From Botryllus schlosseri (lineage: Eukaryota), in the NCBI GenBank assembly GCA_051294905.1, contig CM119383.1, positions 11,656,001-11,720,000 on the forward strand: DNA of 64,000 nucleotides, read 5' to 3'. Shown here piece by piece: positions 12,501 through 24,500 of the stretch. How positions within the stretch are numbered: the stretch's first letter is position 1; the number at the start of each line of letters is the position of its first letter. The position numbers and the translations under genes are program-made. The notes under the pieces were generated by a model that ran no database searches, was not told the origin of the DNA, and was given only the letters and a program-made list of their open reading frames with translations.

Positions 12501-15500
12501 CAAGTCACCAGGTTATTATTTCTATGACATCATGATAGGTGGTACTGGAATGCCAGGGTTGTACCCGAGTCAAGTCGAGTCATTTTCAATTCCCTACAAG
12601 TCAAGTCCGAATCCAAGTCAGCGATCAGAGGGTCGAGTCCGAGTCCAAGTCATTGTGCTGACTGCTTATCTTTCAGTTTAAGCCTTTTAACCCACTTTTC
12701 ATTGCTTTGTTTGGTGATATCGAATGGTTCGCATTTATAATACTCTGATTTTCCTCACTTTTAGCAGTTTCTGGTCGCATTTTCAAGTACCAGTACCAAT
12801 AGACGAAATCCGAATAGTGTTGTAACTTAACTATTCTTCAAAATTACAATGAAATGTCGGTCTTGGCCGTCTGAGTCTCGAGTCATATGACTTGGTTCGA
12901 GTCATGCGCAATGACTCGAGTCCAAGTCGAGTCATGACTCGAGTCATTACAGCCTTAAAGGGGCATTGCGCTCAAAAAATGATGCGGTCTCAAATTGAAG
13001 GGCAAAACGAAAGAAAATTTTTGGCTTCAGCTGTTTTCTTCAGAACGCCACCGTAATGGAGCAGCAATTTATTGAAATTTCCAGAAACACATCCGGCTGC
13101 AGCTGTCGCGGCTCCGGGTCATTTCTTAACCCGTTACATGGCACGATGACTTCATCGGCGCACTTGCTCGGCACGATTAGGTAGTCACGCAGAGGACGAA
13201 CTTTAGATAGTTGTCAGTCGATGTTATGAAGGAATCATGTGTTGCACACCAAGGCGACGCTCAACGTACGGTGTTAAGTCAGGAGGATTTGTGTCTGGAG
13301 CTTGTCATGACTCTATAGTATTTGCCAGTTGACTGATACTGAGATGCCATTACAGTTGTATATTGATGCAAAGCTATATTGATACAGCTGTCATTTTCAA
13401 GATGAATTAATGACTGCACAGTGCACAACCTTAGGAGTAGTGGTCTTGCGGAAGAGACAGACACAGGATATTTTGCATCATTTACCCATGGCATTTCAAC
13501 TATCTTGATACGGTCCAGTTTACTTGTTCAAGACACAGATGTGTAGATAGTCAACACGAAAATATCACTATTTCATTCCCATCAAAGTTCCAATATTGTT
13601 GTGGAAATTTTTATCGTAACATTGTTGTTCTCAGTTTCACAAACGAATCTTCTGTCTCCGTCAGTTCATTCATGCAATTCCTTTGACACGTAGATAACGT
13701 AAAATTTGTTAAAATTATTAATGGTATGGAAGAAGATCTTGATGTTGAATTAACTTCAGATGAAGATACAGATGTAGAAGATTTTGATGATATCACGGTA
13801 TTTGGTGAGAGCCTGCCGTATCAATTCGAGCCACAATATTCAGAGGAGGAATTCGCCCCTCTTGTTGCAACTCTGGAAGCACAAACTCATGTCTCTGTAA
13901 GTATTGTACCTGTGTTGCTTGAATGCAATTTATCAATCTCATTGTATTGGTCAAAGGAATCGTCAGAAAACCAGAGTCAACTTCGGACACTTGACAATGA
14001 ATGGTGTAGTTGCTTGAACTGTGCATGCATGCCGAGCCAGAATGATCGCGTCTGCTGCTGGGAAATACAACAAATAATGGAGCTTCTGGGAATGGAGGGT
14101 CGACTTGCATAACAGAACATGACGATTTTATCCTACATATACAACCTTCCATTCTTGAAACATATTTCAAAGTGAACAGAAAAAACTGGAATAATAACAA
14201 TCAACCACATGGTCCACATGGTCCTTGCCAGCCTGCATTGTGACTGCTATAAGGCAAAAGTACCCTAGTGATGATGGACTGTGATTGATAACACTGCAGC
14301 TCTGCATATAAGTCTAAAGCAGTTCAGTTGCTGTATAAGACAGTGACCTGGAACTGTTTGCATTCTATATTCCACCAATGGCTGCTGTGCCTGATACATC
14401 ACTACTTTGCTTACTCGTTATTTATTAAAGATTGTGCATTTTTAATAAATAATAGGAATATATAGCCAGGGTATTACAACGGGGCAGTCAGGCAGTGGAA
14501 GAATTAAATTGGGCTAGTAAGCTACGCAGCACTGCACATGTCATACAACTCGAAGATGTGCAATAAGAGATGTATTGATATCTCAGTATCGTTCTAGAAT
14601 GACGTTTTGAAAGTAATTCCTCTTTGGGGGGGGGGGGGGGGGCTGGTTCTGGTGCAATGCAGACTGGATGCACACTTCTTGAAATGTTACTGGGGAAGTT
14701 GATGCCTGTGCGATTCTCAGTAATTCGCCTTAAAAAGCTCTTTCACATAGTGGTTCGTTGTCTTTTCATACACATTTTTCAAGATCCCCTCTTTTGCTGA
14801 CAGAGAGTAACTTTTTTTGTATCGTAGAACACCTGCTTAAACAAATATAGAGTAACTAAATACCTTGACTTGCAAACCGTCACACAGGTTGAAAAGCACT
14901 TTATGCTGTAGTCGTTTTTCGGGATAACAGTAATTTCTTATCCACAACACGATTACCACCAGTCAGGGTTCCCCATGAACATGACAAAATTCATGACATT
15001 CAAAATTGGTGTAGGATTCGGGTACTGTAGGAAAATTCATCATCCCTAACAAAAATCCAACGGTACGCAAACCTAACCTGAACCCACGACTCCGCAGCTG
15101 ACCCTAAAACATATATATTCATTATATTGTAATCTTACTATTTCCCAAGCCATAATTTTACGATACCCTCGAACCCTCATCCTATGATTTTCCAACCTGA
15201 ATGCGAAACCAATTATGACCGCTCTGAATTTTGAAATGTTCAGAGGGCACACTGATTGGTGATGGTAATGTTTTAAACATAACATAAGAATAGGACAAGA
15301 TCTATTACTGCCCTCAAGAAATAGAATACACTAGGCCCGATTAAGAGAAAAATCTCCTGACTGAACATCGTCCGTGGAACGCCGTATCTACACAACCTTG
15401 GCGTGTAAGACATATTTGCTTCATAACATCGTGTGACAACTATCTGAGGTTCGTCCTCTGCGTGACTGCCTAATCGCGCCGAGCAAGTGCGACGATAAAG

Positions 15501-18500
15501 TCATCGTGCCATGTAACGGGTTAAGAAATGACCCGGAGCCGCGACAGCTGCAGCCGGATGTGTTTCTGGAAATTTCAATAAATTGCTGCTCCATTACGGT
15601 GGCGTTCTGAAGAAAACAGCTGAAGCCAAAAATTTTCTTTCGTTTTGCCCTTCAATTTGAGACCACGTCATTTTTTGAGTGCAGTGCCCCTTTAATACTC
15701 AACTCGGAATCGAATTGCCCCGACACTCGATTTTGACCAGCCCTATGGCAACACAATCTAACCAGATTATCGGTCAAACGTCATAACAAGAATGTAAAAC
15801 ATCGCGAACTGCTCCACAACTCAACTTCGGAACAACACTTGTCTCACACCCAATTGCATTACAAGTGCCTTACTTATTTCCTCCGGCGATTTGTAGACAA
15901 TTTTCCGTTTCCTCTCCTGCTTTTTCAGTATGCTCGTAACGGGACAGATGCACAACTGACGGAATAGCAGCGTGTCGTCGACCAGACCAGCGGTAACGAA
16001 TCGGGTTACCCTGCTGGGTAGCGGGACGTCCCAGCGAATGATGAAATTGATGCAGGCCACGCCGAAATTTCGCTGGATCCAAGATCTGAATATGAAAAAG
16101 CATTAGCAACGTTCCTGTGTGACCAGCGAATGTAGAACAAATGCAGGATAAATGTGAGAGGACAGTAGGTGCCAAGTCTAATGTAGGGTTATTGTGAGAG
16201 AATACCATCGACATTGGTGTTGAACAGGTATTAGTATATCATATTGAAATGAACCCGAATATTTTCGGCTAACACTCGTCAGCGATATAATCGTCAGCAA
16301 AAATAGTAGAGAATCGGAAGAGACGTTGTTCGGCATCCTCGACTAGTTCTGACAATCACCCCTGACGTGTGTCAGCCGTAAATATTCGGGTTTATCTCAA
16401 TACGAATATGATATTCAAATGTATATTGAAGTTCCGTAGTACCTCCAAGAAGTTGTAAATTGGTGTTACTTTGGAAACCGATTGAGCACACCCGGATACC
16501 ACGTTGATCTTAAAATCTCGAGAAACCTGTGATGTTTTATTTGTCGAAATTTTTGTTATCGACTTAGGCCACTTCACTTACGAGTATCTTTAGGATAGGT
16601 TTACGTCATTTTTAGAGTGAAATTGTCATGACAACTGGCCAAAAGAGCCTCTGTATCACGGTTACTATAATATTTCCCAAAAATTTCACCATTTGTGGTG
16701 TCGATCAGGTCTTTGGAGCCAGAGCAGGAGCAAGGAGCCGAGCCCCGGTGCCGTGCATTTTCAGCGGAGCCGGTTGTTTGAACGGCAGCTCCGGCTCCGC
16801 TGTATTTCATAAGATGCTTGTGTTTGTGCTAATGGTTGAATTCACATAATTGTACGATAACCGTTCACAAGATCAAGAACTGCGGCCTCGTCGGCACCAC
16901 ATTTTCCAACTTACCAGTAACCATGTTCATACATAGGCACCAAACCTGGGTAAGCTGGATTTGCCGCGCTCACTCGATCCGTAATTATATAATTATGGGT
17001 ATACCCGCAATTTTGTTTTCAGCACAACACCGATTGCCAATTGTGTTGTTCGAAAAATAATGAAAACCATGCATGTCAAAAAACGGGATTGATGCTTATG
17101 TGAGCTGAGCAATTTACCTAATTGATAATGAGACGAATATATAAGCGACGCCAGAGAATAAAAACGTGAACTTGCTACACAATTCGATTTGGCGGCGCGC
17201 ATTCCGCACACTTAGAAACATCGTCTCAATTCTGAATTGGATGAGCAAATGCACTACCTTGGTTGATAGTTTTTTAATCATAGCGCCAAATTAGACAATG
17301 TGTTATCGTTTATGCCTGTGAATTGAAATTCATTCCAGCGCATGATCGCTATTGATTGTGTCCGAACCCTGCCCTGGTGTTGAATATCAGAGGGCAATTA
17401 GTGATTGGATGATCTTTCCAATTGGTAAACATCAGTTTTGTGTATTGCTTCTTGTCGACTTGATCACTCGTATTCTTGAATTGAATATCACTTGCGAGCT
17501 TGTATTTTAATTGGTTACTGACTTGTACAGTGTACATCGTTGATGGAACACCAGATTATCAGTGGCACTAATTCTGAGTTTATCGAATTCGTTTAAAAGG
17601 GAACCTACATTCCACTAAACTTGATCGACGACGGACGAACTGGTAACGAGCGCACCATTATCGAATTTCAAACCATTGGGTATATTTGGTAAAAAGTGAA
17701 TTTCTGCAAATAAGGTCGCGACGTGCGCTCATTTCTGCAGAGCATAGGCGCTGAACTCTAATCTTCTCTAGGTATGCGAGATCGATGACGTCACAAAGGG
17801 ATGACGCCATAGTGCGCCAGAATTGGCAAATAAGCCGACTCGCAAGCGTTCAATATCACCTGGCACTTGTATATGGTGACAAAAATACGATATGATTAAG
17901 CAGGCCGCGTAGCCAGCCGGCCGCTTGCTGAATTGATTGAATCCATTTCAAATTTACCAAGGTAGCATCAGTTTATTATGGTTAAGAACATGCACCAATG
18001 CCGATAATACATCGATCGGATCAGCATCCTTGTGTAATATACTCGACGCATCACGCTACCATAAGATTACCAACGCATGCGGCTGTGTAGTCAATTAGCG
18101 AGCTCGCAATCTCCGCAACATATTCGCCAACACACGCGCCGACAATCGGGAGATTTCAATCACTCCGCCTCGAGAACAAACGAATACGCATCTTCGGCGA
18201 CGGCTAATAAGGTTGCAGGAATTATTTTCCCAAATAGAAAGTCTGTTCTGGACTTTATTCATTAGTGACTTTGATTTCATAGGAGTTGGAAGTTTCAATA
18301 TCAAGAGCCTGCAAGACATTTTCTGAACGTTCTGTTTTAGTATTAGCGTTAGTCAAAATCAATTACGCCGCTGTCTGTTCACGGTCAGTATGTATTTCAA
18401 TCAATTCCGTCCATGTTCATTGTTCAATGTCTGAGCCAGTCTGACATCACAATCACAGAATAAGCGATAGTTCCGGCCGGCGCATAAGATATCATGTTCC

Positions 18501-21500
18501 TTCATAGCAGGAGATGACAATCGCAACATTTCGCGCATATAGAAATTGATATCTTTAGTATCGAGTTCTCGGTCTTGTTGCCTCGCGTTGCGTCTTCTGA
18601 CCACTCGCGTTTGATAAAATATTCAGGCGCATAGCCGAGTTGTTATGGAGTGTGTTCTATAATGGAATCCGCATCGATTTCAGGTGGTTCAAACCTTTCT
18701 CAAAACTCAAGCCTTGACTCGCATCTTCTGATGGTTATTGGTTATGTTTAAGTATTAGCGGAAATCAAGTACGCATGTACGCACAAGTCACACATTTTTG
18801 CGGACATTCGATGTCAGTAAGTTTCGTGATATCAATCTTTAATCACAACCGATAGATAGGAGCCAAAGCATGCTAGGCCGGAGACGCGATAGTTAGGCCG
18901 GCAATGATATACTTCGAACCACGCAGACGCAATTGTGTAGGCCAACGATGTTATCGTGCGCAGGCCAGTGATGGTATAGTGCGCACCGGGCCTATTGCAG
19001 ATGCGATTCATCAAGCCAGCGGAACTAGACCTGACGGAGACGCGATAAATCAGGCCTGCGACGATTGCGCGCGGTTATCAATGTCCTAATTTCGCAATCA
19101 TCTCAGCGTCGAGATCGCGTTGCATTACATTGTGCACAAACGATTCTCGCAAATTGGAAACGCGCTTCCGGCTAATTGGCCGTGGCCGCGCGCAACACTG
19201 ATAAAATACGGACAACTGAATTGTAACTGAAGGACGGAGTTTTGTTAAGCGCTTGAACGTATTGCTGCCGGTTTACTTACGTGTTCAGCAGCACTACGAA
19301 ACGCTTATTTCTAAATCGATCAATTCACCAGCCAGTCAGTAACAGACCAAACCGAATTCTGGGTATGCCGCATACCCAAAAAAAATCCTAGGTATGCGCG
19401 GCATACCTAGCATACCTGAGTTCAGCGCCTATGCTGCAGAGTGAAACGAATCGCACCATTTCAAGATTAAATTGGACTGCATGTAAAACTCACAGAGGTC
19501 CAGTTTCGAGCAATTGCAGCATATCCGACACCAGCTTTTCGTACAGCCGCAAGTTCTCTTTGTAAAGCGAGTCGCACCTTTCTTCCACACCACTCAGCCG
19601 GACACTATCAACGTTTGGTGCGCTCGATGACGTCAACAAATTTGAGGCGGCTTTAGTAGAACCGTCGCTTACCTAATAACACAAGCAAGGTAAAATGGAC
19701 GAAAACAAATGCGCAAACAGAGGCGGCCAAAGTAGCCATCGTTGGTACTCAGGCATACTTGGCATTGTAATATTCTACTTAAATACGAGTAGAAATAGCA
19801 GTTTCAAAGAAAGTGAGAAAATAAGTATTCTAGGCCGAGTTTTGCTTGAAAAATGAGTTAAAAAGTTAAGTAGCATTAGTATTGTCTAAAATCACACCCA
19901 CTTAAGCAAGAAATACAAGTGGGCAAAACCCACTTGAGTACTTGGAAAAAGTCAAAGTACGCTACTTTGTTACTATGAATACTCTTCGCGACTAATGCAA
20001 AGCGATTAATGACACTACAAATCAGTGCAATCTTCAAATACATAATTAGTAAACGTGATAAAGGCGCTATTTTACATTTTTTTCATGGCAATTTCACTCG
20101 TACTACTGAAATCTCCATACTGTTTTATACTTTTCAAAATCAAAACCTGCAAAAAGGAAGCAGTTTAAGTTCAAAAAGTCTTGCCTGGAAAACTGTTACG
20201 TAGAAGTAATCAAAAGCATAACCACTTGAGCAAGTTGTTCAAGCAGTCAAAATCGACATGGAAACTCTGAAGAAGTAGATGCACCTTGTTACTCGGCACC
20301 CCTGCGTACCAAGTAAGAGTTCTCACCTCAACATGGATCGCAATGGTGCTGTACGTGGTTTGGATTTTGACCGACATCTTCTCGTATAGTTTCACCATAG
20401 ACGGGCGGTCCGATTTCATTGCTTTTAAAATGGCGGGCCACGTCTGACTTATGACATCCCATTCGTGAAAATACGCCAAATAGTAAGGGTGCTTTCCAGA
20501 TGCTATAATAAAAATAGGAAGCTCTTTCGTTGCTTCATTCTTTCGACGAAATAAGCGACACACGCACAGGTTAAGGTGCATCCAGTAGGACCACACAATA
20601 TCAGGTCCCAGTAATACCATTGAATGGCATACCATAATTAACATCAGATCTTGCAATGTTTTAATGTTGGAAATGACTGTATTAGTACATTGCATTTGTT
20701 GATCAGTCGAAAAACTGTCCTCGGCAGTAATTCTATCCTACATCTCCAAATATCTCATCACAAATCAGTTCCGAAACCAACCTGAGTCGGCCACCATATC
20801 AGAGCAAATAGTGCGACTCGTCAAATCTTCCGGATATATCGTTCCAAACGACCTCGAATCCATTTCTGTCACGGAAAAGCTATCTCAACAAACGTTTTGA
20901 AGGAGTCCAATTACCAATCAGTCATATCACGGCAGTTTAGAGACAGCAAGGTGTGATGCAGAAGAGAAGAAATTGGATACCGTGCACTCCAAGTTATCAG
21001 TAAAAGAGAATTGTATACGGAAAAAACGTTTCTAATCTGCCAATTCTTGACTCATTCTTTATATTATGTCCGTTACCGCATGTCGCTATAACACAACCAT
21101 GCGTTCATCACGGCACCACGAGATGTGCGCAGCATTATTTCTCATCGACTATTTGTTAGCTTGCCACAAAAACGAGGGAGTTACCCGCCTTTGCATTCTC
21201 TCCCAAGCAATCATTCTATAAGTTCAGCAACTCTTTGAGTATAAAATCTGATGCTGGAGGATTATTTGCTATCGCCCATTGCGAACCATTATTGACAGTG
21301 TAAGATAACATTCTGCGATCGCTCAAAACTTTAACAACAACACTTGATAGCGCTGCAGAAGCTGCCAGTACTACGGCCGCATCACGCTGACGTCGACATT
21401 TGACACTTTTGAAGAAAAAAATATCAAATACGTGGTCTTCGAATTGTTGTTGCTAACATATTATCATTACCATTCGGGCAGCAAATTACTAGGATTGGGC

Positions 21501-24500
21501 AATTCTGAGTAAAATGCCAAGCTTCGAGTCAAGTCGATTATTCGAGTACCAAATATCATAACAGTAGTACTAATGACTCAATTATTTCTATGAATATTTG
21601 TAGATTTGTGTAACATATTTATCGATGTTGACTGTTGATGTTGAGTTATGGCCAACCAAGGTTTCGAAACTCCAGCAGTGCAAATAAAGTAGTGAAACAA
21701 TAATTTCTGACAATAAAATGATATTCTTGGCGCAGATTCGCAGATGCGCAGATCCTAGCAATCGAATCCTGGAGCCTAGCCCTACAAATTACAAAGTGCG
21801 TCAATTCAAAGAAGTGTAAAAAAGTTTGAAACCTCGGAGAGGAATGAAGATATCATGCAAATTAAAACGCCCGACGCCATACTCACTACGCGCCGTGGAG
21901 ACCAGATATAATTAGCAAAGAGGATAGGCCAATCATCCACTGACCTCCTAACATGAGATGAAAGGCCCCCTTCATGAGCTTGTGGTCTTCGACTGGGTCT
22001 TTCGTGAGCGCCTCGAGGACCAGCGGCAGGAAGTGTTCCTCGGACTTGTAAGGCGTGCCTTTGAGAGCGCGGAAGAACGCGCGCTGAGCCTGAATCCTCA
22101 CCTGCGGAATAGGATCGAAATTGAAATGTGATGCTTTTCATCACGTCCGCGATCATGCACATACAGTGCTTGTATCGGACTGTATAAATAATATTGAATT
22201 TCAATTTCAGGTGACCCAGGCTTGCTTGCAAACAGGACTTCACCTCAAGGCAGCATCACCTGTAGAAACCACACATTCGATTTTGACAAAATCTCACCGC
22301 GCTGTAATGCGACATGGACAGCTTCACCAAGTCCATCATACCGTCGTGATTGATCTGCCTGTATTCCTTACGGCGATTCGCAAAAGTGCGCAACTGATGC
22401 TGAAGAACCACCCTGTTAATGACGAGCAGGCGCTGGTGCTTTTTTCCGCCGCGCATCTGCAGACAGGCAGAAATAATTGATAGAAATGACGAGCTGAAAA
22501 CAGGTACGCGCGTACCAGGTCTCGCATCGCGCGTTTCCCGTTCATGTAAATCTGCCAATGCTTGTCGAATTCGGCCCGGCTGGAGTCCTGAATGGACAGG
22601 CAATCGCAGTAGATCGTGATGATCATGGATATGGACTGAAAAAAGAAAGTGGATAGATAGGCCTAACTAGTGAACACAGTATGAATTAGTATTCCTGCAG
22701 GTATCATCCAGAGGTGACCACAAGCGGAGTGTCAAGAACTAAATTAAGATATATGAAGCATTGCAGATTTACGTTAGTCTGATATTACTGAAAGGTGCAC
22801 TGTTAAAGCCACGGTTGTAACCAAGTCACAAGGTTCAGAGTCGTAAGTCAATCTCACTTTTATAGTTTTGACTCTAGTCAAGTCGAGACAATTGCAATTC
22901 ACCACTGGGCAAAGTCCGAGTCCAAGTCAGCTAGTAGAGGGTAGAGTCCGATTTATCGTGTTTTGACTCGAGTCCAAGTCATTATGTTTTCTGTTCAGTT
23001 TTCAGTTCAATCCAGTTCAACCAACTTTTTTCCACTATGCTCGAGTGATATAGAATGGCTTGCGTTCATAATATTGCAACTTTGCTCAGTCTTAGCCGTT
23101 TTTGGCCCTAATTACCGGGTATCGGGACTGATAGACGCCATATCAATAATGTGGTGACTTTACTATTCTCCGGATTTACAATGACACGTCTGTCTTGGCC
23201 GTCTTAGTCTCGAGGCATATGACTTGGTTCGAGTCATTCATAATGACTCGAGTACAAGTAGAGTCGAAACTAAAATTGACTCGAGTCGAGTCATTTTTCG
23301 CATTTGAAGAAATGGCTTGAGTCAAGTCGAGTCATCAAAAAATTGCGACTTGGTTCACTTACCTTGACGTCATCTTCTTTCGTATCCATGATCTTCCACA
23401 AGGCGGCCCGCACTGTTTCGAATATGTCTTGCCTCAATCCACGCGTCGTTTCACTCCGTTCTTCCACTACTTTTTCATATTGCGTCAAATACGACAGAGT
23501 CTTGACCTGCCACGTGGTGAGATTGCTAACATTCTTTCTGCCCCTGAAACCAAACACACATTCCTTAGAGGTTTCCGGAAAATTTCAGGATTTACAGTGA
23601 ATCACTACAACACTGGAGCATGTAATGAACAGGGGTATCCACTAAAAAGAAGGTAATCGTTTTCAGGACAATAAAATAGGATTTTGAAGATGTCAAGTAA
23701 CATGCCACTGTCTTGCATCGAAATTTCGACAATTTAGGAATTTAATAAAAATTGAGACCGCTGATGTTTTGTACAATGAATAGTAGCAGAGGACTAAGAT
23801 TGCTGTGCTGCTAAGCAGGGTTGTAACCAAGTCGCAAGGCTCCGAGTCACAAGTCAATCTCACTTTTATAGTGTTGACTCGATTCAAGTCGAGTCATTTT
23901 CAATTCACTACCGAGTCAAGTCCAAGTCATGGTATTATGACTCGAGTACGAGTCCAAGTCATTGTGTTGACTGTTCAATTTCCAGTTAAAGCCTTGTTAA
24001 ATCCACTTTTTATTACTGTTTGGTGATATCGAATGGTTCGCATTTCTATTATACAAATTTCCTCACCTTTCAAGTCGAGTCGAGTCGAGTCATTATAACC
24101 TTGATGCTAAGATGGCATACTTTTGCACAATGAGGAATGTGTATAGCCCAATGCAATTGATGTCCCATTGTACTAGCGAGACCAATGAATTACGGCCATC
24201 ATGCATCTACTAAGTGTAATATTTCCAATTGCATAAATTTCATCAAATAAATTTCAAAAGCTCTAAAACTCTATAAAAACCAAAGTTTTGATTTGGACTC
24301 CTTCCCAGTCTGTATAAGCAACCTCCACCCTTCATACGTACGGTAACAATAACTCACTTTATCTCAACTGGTTCGTCATCGGCCAGAGGTATGAGCTGGC
24401 CCGCGCCAACCATAAGTTCATTGACGATAGTCAGACTCCTCAACAATTCGTCCTTTGTCAAATCCTGAAGAAAATAGGAGATTTTGCATTATGATGTCAA

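Larger units (their letters stand above)
12959..15691. mobile_element. Kolobok-type DNA transposon, decayed, with long imperfect TIRs (about 270-330 bp)
   Basis: Flanked by TTAA on both sides (12955-12958, 15692-15695). Termini AGGGGCA...TGCCCCT. 12959 to about 13220 is the reverse complement of about 15430-15691. Carries a KolX/P2X7-ballast-like gene (+) and a convergent transposase-like C-terminus (-). Confidence 0.85.

Noticed and set aside
12546-15710. Kolobok element nested inside the 12554 MITE, with the MITE TSD on the far side
   Set aside because: The sequence after the right TTAA does not continue the MITE end or repeat its left flank, so only adjacency is supported.
18095-18319. 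[13 protein letters not shown] resembling an L1/Tx1 post-RT motif
   Set aside because: Only a few residues match, with no flanking RT similarity.
20210-20326. Read-through of PSME4 exon 22 (…[14 protein letters not shown]…) or a 25-nt intron
   Set aside because: A strong donor GAG|gtgaga and the in-phase exon 19494-19672 account for the homologous sequence.
21850-21944. Longer PSME4 exon 21 ending at TA|gtgagt (21888)
   Set aside because: The phase is incompatible with exon 22. The G|gtcagt donor at 21944 gives the correct frame and alignment.
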